27,323 bases of DNA from Archangium sp. (GTDB lineage Bacteria; Myxococcota; Myxococcia; Myxococcales; Myxococcaceae): contig JANLPS010000186.1 of NCBI GenBank assembly GCA_031367385.1, forward strand, positions 1 to 27,323, in the 5' to 3' direction. Under the pieces are notes generated by a model. It was not told the DNA's origin. It made no database searches and saw only the letters and a list, made by a program, of their open reading frames with translations. This document shows, one piece after another, positions 9,747-18,244 of this stretch. Both the position numbers and the translations under genes were made by a program. Position 1 is the stretch's first letter. The number at the start of each line of letters is the position of its first letter.

Positions 9747-9794
9747 ATTGCGTAACGAAACGATCGAGGTTCACCCAAGTGCCCTGACTTACGA

Positions 9795-10384
9795 GTGAGC
9801 GTCGTCGGGTTCGTGAACCGGGCATCGATGAACAAGGAAAAACACGCATGCAGCGCAGAGCCTCGGGCCGAATCGTCGCTTGTGGGGCAAGCCGCCGCGA
9901 CCGCTTTGTTTTCGAATGGAGACATGGTCAGCGTGCCGAGCAGTTTGGTCGCGGGGGCCGTCGCTTCTCTGAAGGTCGTCTCGAAGCAGCCTGCCACAAC
10001 CCGCCGAGCGCTCATTGAGCTGGGCCGCGCCGCCGTGATGACTTTGGCTCAAGGAGCGACCCTCCCCCGCCGCCAGATCAGCGCATTCAGCAGATGATTG
10101 CCTGGGCCGAGAGCCGACTCGATGGAGCAGTCGGGCTTCAGGACGCCGCCAGCTCGGTCGACCTTTCACCCGGCCGCGCTCGGCACCTCTTTGTGAGTCA
10201 GACCGGGCTCGCATTTCGTACCTACCTGTTGTGGCGTCGACTCAACAAGGCGCTCGAGCTGTACGGCACCGGCAATTCGCTGACCGATGCTGCGCATGCC
10301 TCTGGGTTTTCAGACTCGGCACATCTCAGCCGGACCTTTCGCCGGATGTTTGGCGTCGCCGCCGCACAGCTTCAACTCACGTAG
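9795..10384 (+). pseudogene. AraC-family transcriptional regulator, frameshifted and probably 5'-truncated
   Basis: The C-terminal HTH (LSPGRARHLF..TGLAFRTYLLWRRL..SLTDAAHASGFSDSAHLSRTFRRMFG) is in frame 10094. One extra C in the C5 run at 10064-10068 joins it to frame 9795 as ATLPPPPDQRIQQMIAW. The joined product is short for this family. Confidence 0.75.
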
Positions 10385-10424
10385 CCCTTACGTTCAATCG
10401 GGCGCTCCCGCCCGAGACGTAGGG
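10385..10424 (+). other. stem-loop between araC and the hydrolase gene
   Basis: Inner stem TCGGGCG-CTCC-CGCCCGA (10398-10415) and outer CCCT(T)ACGT/ACGTAGGG. There is no U-tract. Confidence 0.45.
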
Positions 10425-10455
10425 TCTGTGCTCCTCGCAACACCAGGAGCTCCAC

Positions 10456-11238
10456 ATGACTCGATTCGCACTCACCCTCGCCGCTTTCCTTCTCGCGGGC
10501 TGCAATACGGCGCTTCACCCGAGCACCGTTTCGTTCAACGGCCACTCTGTGGAGCTCGCCACCGGCGGCGATGGCGGCGTAACGGTCGTCTTTGAATCGG
10601 GCCTCGGCGCAGGGTGGAGCCCGTGGGATGGGGTGGCCGGCGAAGTGGCGCACCACGCCCGTGTCTTCGCGTACTCCCGGCCCGGCTATGACCGCAGTTC
10701 GCCTGCGACCACGCAACGTGATGGCGCTCACATCGTCGAAGAGCTGAGGAGCCTGCTGACGGCCCAGGGTTACGCACCGCCGTATGTGCTCGTCGGTCAT
10801 TCCTTCGGCGGAGCGTACATGCAGCTCTTCGCCAAGCTGCACCCGGCCGAAGTAAGCGGTCTGGTGACTGTTGACGGTCGCCCTGCTGAGTTCCTCCCCG
10901 CGTGCGAGGCAGCGAAGCTCCCGATGTGCGGCATTTCCGACGAGGATCTTCCGAAGCAGCCCCAGGTGCAGATCGACGAGTACAAAGAGTTCGTCGCGAT
11001 TTCTGAAGAGCTTCACGCCGCGGGGCCGTTCGGGGCGTACCCCGTGCGTGTGCTCGTTGCTTCGAACAGCGCATCGCCACGTCAAACGTTGTGGGAATCG
11101 ATGCAGGCGAAAATCGCGGCCGAAGCGGCAGACGGCCAGATGACGATTTTCAAGGGGTCGGGTCACTACCTCCAGCTTGACCGCACCCGCGAGGTTGCTG
11201 GAGTCATTGAAGAACTGATCGCTGCGCCCACGCGCTGA
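10456..11238 (+). CDS. alpha/beta-fold hydrolase lipoprotein
   Basis: Lipobox LLAGC, VVFESGLG, YSRPGYDRS, nucleophile elbow GHSFGG and catalytic His in SGHYLQ. AGGAG SD. Confidence 0.92.
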   Translation: MTRFALTLAAFLLAGCNTALHPSTVSFNGHSVELATGGDGGVTVVFESGLGAGWSPWDGVAGEVAHHARVFAYSRPGYDRSSPATTQRDGAHIVEELRSLLTAQGYAPPYVLVGHSFGGAYMQLFAKLHPAEVSGLVTVDGRPAEFLPACEAAKLPMCGISDEDLPKQPQVQIDEYKEFVAISEELHAAGPFGAYPVRVLVASNSASPRQTLWESMQAKIAAEAADGQMTIFKGSGHYLQLDRTREVAGVIEELIAAPTR

Positions 11239-11299
11239 GAGATGGGAGCGCAGGGTGATGCGGGGGAGAACGGCGAGTTTCGGCCAGCGGCCCTCGCGC

Positions 11300-12346
11300 C
11301 TACCGTGTGACCTTGACGACGATGGTGCCGAGCGCTGGCAGGGCATGTTGGTCATGCCCGAACATCGAGGCTCGTACGGTGTAAGTCCCATCGAGCTGTA
11401 CGCCATTGCGATCAGTCAGCTCGAGCTCGCCCTCGAGGCTCCGGCGCTGACCCGGGTCGAAGGCTATCGCCGTCGGCTCCTTCAGAAACGAACGTCCATC
11501 GCTCCAGGCTTTCACCACCTCGCCGGCATGGTTGATCAGCTCGAAGTCTTGCTGCTTGCCAGTGCGAAATTCACATTGGTGCATGTGTGCTTCGGCATTG
11601 GTCACGGTCAGCGCGAACTTCGCGGTCGCGGTGACTTCATTGGTCGGGCAGGGCTGGGTCACGCAGCGAATGGTGTTCGCCTTGTTGACGAACTCGGTCT
11701 GCTCCATCAACAACGCGGTGGGCATCATCGTGTGGTGCAGCACGGTGTCTTTGATCATTGCGTGCTGGAGCGTCGCCTCGGCGCCGGCGGCGACCACCGT
11801 CACGGGGCCCACGTCTTGGGAGAGCAGCAGCTTGTCGAAGGCAGGGGCCTCGCAGCGCACGTTCGCCGGTGCCAGCACCTCGAACCGAAACGCCTTTGCG
11901 CTGAATTGCCCGACGCCAGTCGCGACCATCTGGTCATCGAGCCTGGTCACCCGAAAGCGATCGCACGCTGCATTGCTGGCGCGAAAGACCCACGACCGCC
12001 GGTCGAGGCGCAGAAAGGGCCCCCACTGCTCAGAGTCTAGGTTCAACGCGAGAATGGTGTTCGGCGCGTGCTCGTCGATGTTGAGCCACAGGTCGCCCGA
12101 GCGGGTCAGGCCGCTGAAGCGCACCCCCGTCTCCGTCCGTTCTTCGACTCGAATCTGTGAGTCGCTGTTGAGGCCCGCCAGCTCCCAGTGATTGCCAGGC
12201 AACATCGGGAGCAAGTCAGCCAACTGTTGGTCGTAGCGAATGGGCTTCTCGGCCGTCGCAGACGCCTCCACCTCCAGGCTCTCTTCGACGCCAGCACCGC
12301 ACCCCATCGCAACGGCAACCAAACACCCCACGAGTACTCGATTCAT
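11300..12346 (-). CDS. lipoprotein with C-terminal BsuPI (intracellular proteinase inhibitor)-like domain
   Basis: ATG 12346 follows GGAGG; lipobox VAMGC. The C-terminus FALTVTN..FRTGKQQDFELINHAGEVVKAWSDGRSF..FDPGQ..GTYTVRA fits the BsuPI pattern and is preceded by CVTQPCP. Confidence 0.75.
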   Translation of the reverse strand: MNRVLVGCLVAVAMGCGAGVEESLEVEASATAEKPIRYDQQLADLLPMLPGNHWELAGLNSDSQIRVEERTETGVRFSGLTRSGDLWLNIDEHAPNTILALNLDSEQWGPFLRLDRRSWVFRASNAACDRFRVTRLDDQMVATGVGQFSAKAFRFEVLAPANVRCEAPAFDKLLLSQDVGPVTVVAAGAEATLQHAMIKDTVLHHTMMPTALLMEQTEFVNKANTIRCVTQPCPTNEVTATAKFALTVTNAEAHMHQCEFRTGKQQDFELINHAGEVVKAWSDGRSFLKEPTAIAFDPGQRRSLEGELELTDRNGVQLDGTYTVRASMFGHDQHALPALGTIVVKVTR

Positions 12347-12380
12347 CAGTTCATGCCTCCCCTTGATGTGGCTCGGCGTG

Positions 12381-12396
12381 TGCAGAAGTGGTGCCA
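12381..12396 (-). promoter_or_regulatory. sigma54 -24/-12 promoter for the BsuPI lipoprotein gene
   Basis: Minus strand TGGCACCACTTCTGCA is near-consensus TGGCAC with GG-N10-GC spacing, about 35 nt before the ATG. Confidence 0.7.
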
Positions 12397-12607
12397 CCTG
12401 GGCCCCAGTGGAGCACCCAGCCCCATCACGGTGGCTGGCGCAGTCGATGTGCTGGTGTTGCAGCTCGCTGAGTCGCTTGCCGATGCGAAGCGCGACGCAA
12501 TACCTGCGTTCGAGACGGTGCGCGCGCATCGTCTGCGGGTTACACGGTCGCAAGCCACGGTCATCACACCGACTCGCGGCGGCATGCGGCTGGCACCACC
12601 CGGGCCA

Positions 12608-13159
12608 ATGCCACAAGACAATCTTGAAGTACCCGTGGTCTCGCCGGCCCTCTACCGAAGCCATGCGATGCATCGAGACAGCGAGGCCGCCTCGTTCGCC
12701 CTGCGAGAACAGGAGGCCGAGCTGCTGAGGCAGAAGACCCGGCGCCAACACCAACAGGCGCGAGCGTTCTCGGTGGGTCGCGTGCTGCTGGGCATGCTCT
12801 TCGTCGTCAGCGCGCTGGTCAAGATGAGCACCTTTGGGGTGACCCGTGATGCACTGGCCAACGGGGGCATTGCTGACAGCACCTTCGTCTTGAGCGCCGG
12901 CATCACCATCGAGCTGGTGCTGGGCGCGCTCCTGATGGCCGGGCTTCAGACCCGACTCGCCTCGATGGCGCTCATCGGGTACCTCGCCTGCGCGACGGTG
13001 CTGGTGCTGCACGACCTGAGCTCCGGCTTCAACGCGACCTTCGCCATGAACAACGTCGGGCTGTGCGGAGGGCTGCTGATGCTGGTGGGTCACGGCGGAG
13101 GTACCTGGAGCGTCGAGCGGCTCCTCGAGCATCGGCGCGCTCGCCAATTTCGCGCCTGA
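12608..13159 (+). CDS. DoxX/SURF4-family membrane protein
   Basis: GRVLLGMLFVVSALVK, IELVLGALLMAGLQTRLAS, H..F..NVGLCGGLL and G.GTWSVE. The start is ATG 12608 or 12668. Confidence 0.88.
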   Translation: MPQDNLEVPVVSPALYRSHAMHRDSEAASFALREQEAELLRQKTRRQHQQARAFSVGRVLLGMLFVVSALVKMSTFGVTRDALANGGIADSTFVLSAGITIELVLGALLMAGLQTRLASMALIGYLACATVLVLHDLSSGFNATFAMNNVGLCGGLLMLVGHGGGTWSVERLLEHRRARQFRA

Positions 13160-13209
13160 GCCAAGAGGCCGAGTGTCGTGGTTCACTGGAATTGGTCGGG
13201 AGAGCTCTC

Positions 13210-13848
13210 ATGCGCAACGTTCGTCGGCCGGTACGAGTGCAGCGTATTCACGGGCAACGCAGCGTTATTCAGAAGTGCGCATCTGTGAGGTGCCCTGCGA
13301 CGGAGCTGGTGGTCCCGCTCTCGCACTGCGGCAGCTGCCCACGAAATCAGAAGGCCCCATCGGCGGCTGGGGCGCCGTTGGTCATGGTGTGTTCAGTGCC
13401 CGACCAGACTGGTACGAGCGCAGCGCCAGCGTGGCGTGAGCAGATGGCCGTGATACTCGGCTCGACCCTCGTCTGTGATGTGATGACGCAGGACGTGAGC
13501 TGCGTAACGGCCGATGTTTCGCTCGAGAGGCTCACGAGAATCTTCGACGAACGACAGATCAGCTGTGCGCCGGTCGTTGATGCGTCGGGTGCGCTGATCG
13601 GAATGGTGACGAAAACCGACCTGGTGTGTGAATTCTTCGACTTCGAGCACGAACCGCCGGCCGAAGTCTCGGAAGTGATGACCCTGCGCCCAACGGTGTT
13701 GCGAGAGGCGTGCACGCTCACCGAGGCAGTCGCCGCGCTCACGAAGGCGCATCGTGTGCCGGTGCTCTCAGCCGCAGGCGAGGTCGTCGGTATTCTCTCA
13801 GCGAACGACATCATTCGGTGGCTCTCTGGCCCGGCCCCGTGCTCTTGA
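13210..13848 (+). CDS. CBS-pair protein with N-terminal Cys motif
   Basis: Two CBS repeats (VCDVMTQDV..APVVDASGALIGMVTKTDL; VSEVMT..RVPVLSAAGEVVGILSANDII) and an N-terminal C-x11-C-x2-C-x17-C. GGGAGAG precedes ATG 13210. Confidence 0.85.
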   Translation: MRNVRRPVRVQRIHGQRSVIQKCASVRCPATELVVPLSHCGSCPRNQKAPSAAGAPLVMVCSVPDQTGTSAAPAWREQMAVILGSTLVCDVMTQDVSCVTADVSLERLTRIFDERQISCAPVVDASGALIGMVTKTDLVCEFFDFEHEPPAEVSEVMTLRPTVLREACTLTEAVAALTKAHRVPVLSAAGEVVGILSANDIIRWLSGPAPCS

Positions 13849-13964
13849 GCGCTTTTTGCAGCATACCGGTGCCGACGACCTTGGGGTCGCGGCCATGGCG
13901 GTCTGCTGCTGGAAGGGCGAACGCAGATACTGCGCGAGGCGAAAACACTGCGCCTGATGAACGC

Positions 13965-14384
13965 TCACCGCACGATGAGCACCGGCACCTGGCAGATGTG
14001 AACCAGCCGATCGGCGACGCTGCCGACCAGCAGACGACTGATGCCACCGCGGCCGGTGTTGCCCACGACGACCATGTCGAACTCCCCTCGAATGGCGGTC
14101 TCTGAGATCGTCTCGGCGGGTAAGCCTTGTAATTTCAGGGTTGTCGGCACGGGTGTGGCGTGCTCGAGCGCCGAAGTGACCTCCCGAAGCAGCTGGGCGG
14201 CGCTGGCATCTTGGGCTTCATCGACACTCGCGACGCCCAGCGCGCCCTCGCCATACAGGAGGGCGGGAGGCACGACGTTGAGCAGGGTCACTGAGGCGTT
14301 GCTGAGCCTTGCGAGCTCGAGTGCTTTGCGTGCGGCGTTGAGCGACGAGACCGAGCCATCAACCGCTGCGAGGATTCTTTTCAT
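13965..14384 (-). CDS. universal stress protein (UspA family)
   Basis: MKRILAAVDGS and DMVVVGNTGRGGISRLLVGSVADRLVH..PVLIVR, including the ATP-binding G-x2-G-x9-GS motif. Confidence 0.96.
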   Translation of the reverse strand: MKRILAAVDGSVSSLNAARKALELARLSNASVTLLNVVPPALLYGEGALGVASVDEAQDASAAQLLREVTSALEHATPVPTTLKLQGLPAETISETAIRGEFDMVVVGNTGRGGISRLLVGSVADRLVHICQVPVLIVR

Positions 14385-14399
14385 GATGCGCCGGTTCGA

Positions 14400-14439
14400 T
14401 TCAAGACCGATGCCCGGTGGGCTCGGCGAGGCGCTTGCA
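14400..14439. promoter_or_regulatory. divergent sigma54-like motifs for usp (-) and the cytochrome c gene (+)
   Basis: Minus GGGCATCGGTCTTGAA (14400-14415, GG-N10-GA) and plus CGGCGAGGCGCTTGCA (14424-14439, GG-N10-GC) fill most of the 68-nt intergenic gap. Confidence 0.45.
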
Positions 14440-14452
14440 GCGGGCTCCAGGC

Positions 14453-14920
14453 ATGAACTTCAAAGCGTTGATGGTCGGGCTGACACTGATGACGCTTGGG
14501 GTCTCTCGCCCGGTCGCTCCCAAGCCTGACGCCGGCGCCCTTGAAGCCCGTGCCGAGGTGCTCCCGCCGCTCGCGCGCAGCCTGCTGCATCGAAAGATGG
14601 AGCGACACGGCAACGACATGGTTCGACTGGTCATCGCCGTCACGCTCTTGCAACGCGAGAAAGTGAAGCTCTTCGCGAGCGACATCGCGAACGAGCCCAG
14701 GCTCACCCGCCCGATGGCCGGAGAAGAAGACGCGCTCAACGCCGCCCTGCCCGAGAAGCTCTTCGTGCTGCAAGACGAGCTGCGGAGTCGGGCGAAGACC
14801 TTGGCCGAGGCAGCGCGAAACGAGCGTGATGAGACCCTGGCCATCGACCTCGGGTTGATGATGCAGACCTGCGTCGCGTGCCACTCGGCCTTCTTGCAGC
14901 CCCCCGGCGAGGCGCGATGA
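14453..14920 (+). CDS. class II (c'/c556-like four-helix) cytochrome c
   Basis: Signal-like N-terminus, helical sequence, a single CVACH near the C-terminus and RKMERH in helix 1. Confidence 0.8.
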   Translation: MNFKALMVGLTLMTLGVSRPVAPKPDAGALEARAEVLPPLARSLLHRKMERHGNDMVRLVIAVTLLQREKVKLFASDIANEPRLTRPMAGEEDALNAALPEKLFVLQDELRSRAKTLAEAARNERDETLAIDLGLMMQTCVACHSAFLQPPGEAR

Positions 14921-16197
14921 GCGTCGCCCGCTCCGCGCTCGAAGCGGTGATGGGCATCAAGTCAGGCGACCGGGTCTTCGTACAAGGTGCCGCGGGTACT
15001 CCGATGCTGCTGCTCGACGCGATGGTCTCGCGGGCCGACGCGCTGCGCGACGTCGAGACGGTTCATTTGCATCTCGAGGGGTCGGCTCCACACGCCGCGC
15101 CGGAGCTGAGGGCCAGCTTTCACGCCAACGCCTTCTTCGTGGGCCCCAATCTGCGAGAGGCGGTCGCTTCAGGGCGGGCCAGCTACGTGCCGGTGGCGCT
15201 GGGTGAAATCTCGCGGTTGTTTCGTGAAGGCGCGATGCCGCTCGACGTCGCGCTGGTGCACGTCTCACCACCCGATGCGCATGGGTATTGCTCGCTCGGC
15301 GTCTCGGTCGACATCGCGGCAGCGGCGGTCTCGGTCGCCACGCGGGTCATCGCGCAGGTCAATCGTCAAATGCCGCGCACGCTCGGTGACGGCTTGATTC
15401 ACGTCTCGAAGCTGAGCGCGATGTGTGAGTGCAACGAGCCGCTGCCTGAGCGCGCGGTGGCGGCGCCTTCTTCGGTCGCTCAGGCCATTGCCGGGCACGT
15501 CACGATGCTGGTGGAAGATGGGGCGACCTTGCAGATCGGCATCGGCTCGATACCCGATGCGGTGCTGCGGGGCCTGACCTCGCATCGCCGCCTGGGCATT
15601 CACACCGAGCTGTTCTCTGATGGAGTGCTCGAGCTCGTCGCCCGCGGCGTCGTCACCGGTGAAGAGAAGGTGCGCCAGCGGGGCAAGGTCGTCTCGAGCT
15701 TCGTGACCGGCTCTCGAGCGGTGTTCGACTATGTGAATGACAACCCGTCGGTCGAGCTTCGGGCCTCGGAGTACGTCAACGACCCGGCGATCATCGGGCA
15801 GAACCCGAAGGTCACCGCGATCAACAGCGCGCTCGAGGTCGACCTGACCGGCCAGGTGTGCGCCGACGCCTTGGGTGAGGCCATCTTCTCGGGCGTAGGA
15901 GGTCAAGCCGACTTCGTGCGGGGCGCGAGCCTCTCGAAGGGTGGCAAAGCCATCATCGCGCTGCCGTCACAAACCTCGCGTGGTGAGTCGCGAATCGTCG
16001 CCCGTCTCAAGCCCGGCGCGGGCGTGGTGACGACCCGCGCGGCCGTTCAGTATGTCGTGACCGAGCACGGCGCGGCGAACCTCTACGGCCAGAATCTGCA
16101 GCAGCGCGCGAAGGCGTTGATTGCCATCGCGCACCCGATGCATCGAGAGCACCTCGAACGGGCCGCCCACGAACGATACCGAGGCTTTGGGGGGTAA
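14917..16197 (+). CDS. acetyl-CoA hydrolase/transferase family protein (4-hydroxybutyrate CoA-transferase-like)
   Basis: PPDAHGYCSLGVS, DGATLQIGIGSIPD, LGIHTE (catalytic Glu), SGVGGQADFVRGA and VVTEHGAANL..IAHP. ATGA overlap with the upstream gene. Confidence 0.95.
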   Translation: MSVARSALEAVMGIKSGDRVFVQGAAGTPMLLLDAMVSRADALRDVETVHLHLEGSAPHAAPELRASFHANAFFVGPNLREAVASGRASYVPVALGEISRLFREGAMPLDVALVHVSPPDAHGYCSLGVSVDIAAAAVSVATRVIAQVNRQMPRTLGDGLIHVSKLSAMCECNEPLPERAVAAPSSVAQAIAGHVTMLVEDGATLQIGIGSIPDAVLRGLTSHRRLGIHTELFSDGVLELVARGVVTGEEKVRQRGKVVSSFVTGSRAVFDYVNDNPSVELRASEYVNDPAIIGQNPKVTAINSALEVDLTGQVCADALGEAIFSGVGGQADFVRGASLSKGGKAIIALPSQTSRGESRIVARLKPGAGVVTTRAAVQYVVTEHGAANLYGQNLQQRAKALIAIAHPMHREHLERAAHERYRGFGG

Positions 16198-16302
16198 AGG
16201 CCGCGAGCTCGAAGAGGTGGTCGAAGGTTGTGCTGTTTCTCGCGTCATCTGGCGCGGTCGTCGATGGCGGCATGCTTCTCCGCTGACTTTGGGTGCCCAC
16301 CC

Positions 16303-17700
16303 TCAGCGCTGACCAACCGGTGGCGCGTTGAACCGAACCGGTTGGCGTTTGACCACGCCGCTCGACACATCGGTGATCTCGAGGGTCAGCTCGAGACCGG
16401 CTCGCAGGTGCGCCTGATCAACCGAGATGATCAGCGGCACCCTCGTGTCAGTCAGCGACTCGAGCGTCACTTCGGGAGTCGCGACGACGGCGTGAACCCC
16501 CTCGCGCTCTTCGATGCGCAGGCGAAAGGTCGCGGTCTCGGGGTTCTTGTTCACCAGATGTACCTCGAGCATGTTTCGAACCACGTGCGTCTCGGCATCG
16601 AGGTACCAGGGCGTGGTGCCGGCCGGGCGAAGCACGTTTGACTCGAAGGGTTTTCGCACGTTCAGACTGACGCCGAGCGTGAGCAGCGAGAGCGCCATCA
16701 ACGTGCCGTAGACGAGCAGCCGGGGTCGCAGCCCCTTGCCCGGTGTACCTTGCAGCTGGCTCGCCGCCGCGTAGCGAATGAGCCCGACCGGGCGTGACAC
16801 CTTGATCATCACGTCATCGCAGGCGTCGATGCATTGGGTGCAGGCCAGACACTCCATTTGCAGGCCGTCGCGAATGTCGATGCCGGTCGGGCACACCGCC
16901 ACGCACCGGTTGCAGTCGATGCAGTCGCCGAGTGGCGTCGGCGCCACTTTGCTGAGGTGACCGCGCGGCTCTCCGCGGCGCTCGTCGTAGGCGACTGACA
17001 CCGAGTCACGGTCGAGGAGCACCGATTGAAGGCGGCCGTAGGGGCACAGCACGACGCAGAATTGCTCGCGAAACCAGGTGAAATTGAAAGTGAGAATGGC
17101 GGTGAAACCCGCCGTCAGGCCGAACGCTTCGAGGTGGGCGCGCGGGCCTTCGGTGATCATCAGCCACAGCTCTCGAGGTGAGGCGAAGATCGCCGCTGCT
17201 GCGTGGGCGATGATCACCGAAACCACGAAGAACACCGTGTACTTGAGCGATCTTCGCCACAGCTTGTCGAACGACCACCGCGCGGCGTCGAGCTTGAGGC
17301 GCCGCTCACGTGACCCTTCGATCAGCCGCTCGATGGGCCGGTACACGCCCTCGAGAAAGACCGTCTGAGGGCAGGCAAAGCCACACCAGACGCGCCCCTT
17401 CCACGCGGTCAAGAAGAGCAGCCCGAAGAGAAAGCCCAGCAGCAGCAGCACCACCAGCCAGACGTCTTGCGCGTTGAAGGTCGAGCCGAGCAAGAAGAAG
17501 CGCCGGTGCACGATGTCGAGCTGAATCGACGGGTGCCCTTTGATTTGAACGAACGGCGCCACGACATACACCGAGATCAGCGCGGCGAAGATCGCTCGGC
17601 GTCGGGTCTTCCACGCGCCCTGATAATCGGCGGGGTGAATTTTGAGCCGCGACCCATCGGGCTTCATCGAGCCCAACGTCGATGGAGCCTGGTGCGTCAT
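16303..17700 (-). CDS. ccoG: cbb3 oxidase accessory Fe-S protein CcoG/FixG
   Basis: GRVWCGFACPQTVF, REQFCVVLCPYGRLQS, CIDCNRCVAVCPTGIDIR, ECLACTQCIDAC and a C-terminal Ig-like domain. Confidence 0.96.
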   Translation of the reverse strand: MTHQAPSTLGSMKPDGSRLKIHPADYQGAWKTRRRAIFAALISVYVVAPFVQIKGHPSIQLDIVHRRFFLLGSTFNAQDVWLVVLLLLGFLFGLLFLTAWKGRVWCGFACPQTVFLEGVYRPIERLIEGSRERRLKLDAARWSFDKLWRRSLKYTVFFVVSVIIAHAAAAIFASPRELWLMITEGPRAHLEAFGLTAGFTAILTFNFTWFREQFCVVLCPYGRLQSVLLDRDSVSVAYDERRGEPRGHLSKVAPTPLGDCIDCNRCVAVCPTGIDIRDGLQMECLACTQCIDACDDVMIKVSRPVGLIRYAAASQLQGTPGKGLRPRLLVYGTLMALSLLTLGVSLNVRKPFESNVLRPAGTTPWYLDAETHVVRNMLEVHLVNKNPETATFRLRIEEREGVHAVVATPEVTLESLTDTRVPLIISVDQAHLRAGLELTLEITDVSSGVVKRQPVRFNAPPVGQR

Positions 17701-17704
17701 GTCG

Positions 17705-18244
17705 TCACTCGAAAAGCTCGCCCTGCGGGGGCCGAATGCTCTTGAGGTTCTTGCCCTTCAGCGAGAGCACGTAGGCGGTGACCTTGCGCACCTTCTCTGG
17801 GCCAAGCACCGGCCCCCACGGAGGCATGCCTTTCTCAACGAACCCATCGCTGACGTCTCGAACGATGTCGGCGGGTTTGTTGCCGTGGAGCCAATACGCA
17901 TCGGTCAAGTTCGGGCCCACCAGCCCCTCACCGTTGGGGCCATGACATGAGACGCACGTCGCCAAGAAGACCTGATGCCCCGCTTCGACCGTCTCGGGCA
18001 CGGCGAGCATCACCGCGAAGGCCTCGTCACTCATCGGGTTGGCCTGGGCGCGCGCCTTTTTCAGAAGGGCTTGCTCGGTGGCGTACTCTTCGCCGGGCAG
18101 TGGCAGCAGCTTGGTGGTGTGAAAGACGAACCAGTATGCGAAGCCGAAGACCGTCGTGCCGAACAGAATGATCAGCCACCAGAGGGGGAGCCGGTTGTCT
18201 TCTTCTTCGATGTCGTCGTAGGTGCGCACCTTTTGCTCACTCAT
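17705..18244 (-). CDS. ccoP: cbb3-type cytochrome c oxidase subunit III, monoheme form
   Basis: YDDIEEEDNRLPLWW N-terminus, one CVSCH, GPNLTDAYWLHG and KGMPPW. GGAGG SD. Confidence 0.93.
   Translation of the reverse strand: MSEQKVRTYDDIEEEDNRLPLWWLIILFGTTVFGFAYWFVFHTTKLLPLPGEEYATEQALLKKARAQANPMSDEAFAVMLAVPETVEAGHQVFLATCVSCHGPNGEGLVGPNLTDAYWLHGNKPADIVRDVSDGFVEKGMPPWGPVLGPEKVRKVTAYVLSLKGKNLKSIRPPQGELFE

Noticed and set aside
10372..11406. 344-aa minus-strand ORF and other long alternative-frame ORFs (e.g. 1004-1744, 6448-7299, 8622-9521, 25107-25919)
   Set aside because: They overlap recognised genes and have Arg/Ala/Pro-rich composition without motifs, as expected for shadow ORFs in GC-rich DNA.
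11300..13186. 628-aa minus ORF and the overlapping 323-aa plus ORF (12188-13159) as long genes
   Set aside because: The extensions are antisense shadows of doxX and the lipoprotein gene. The SD, lipobox and promoter support ATG 12346, and DoxX similarity is confined to the 3' part.
13870..13893. Hairpin CGACC-TTGG-GGTCG between the convergent CBS and usp genes as a terminator
   Set aside because: The stem is short with no U-tract on either strand.
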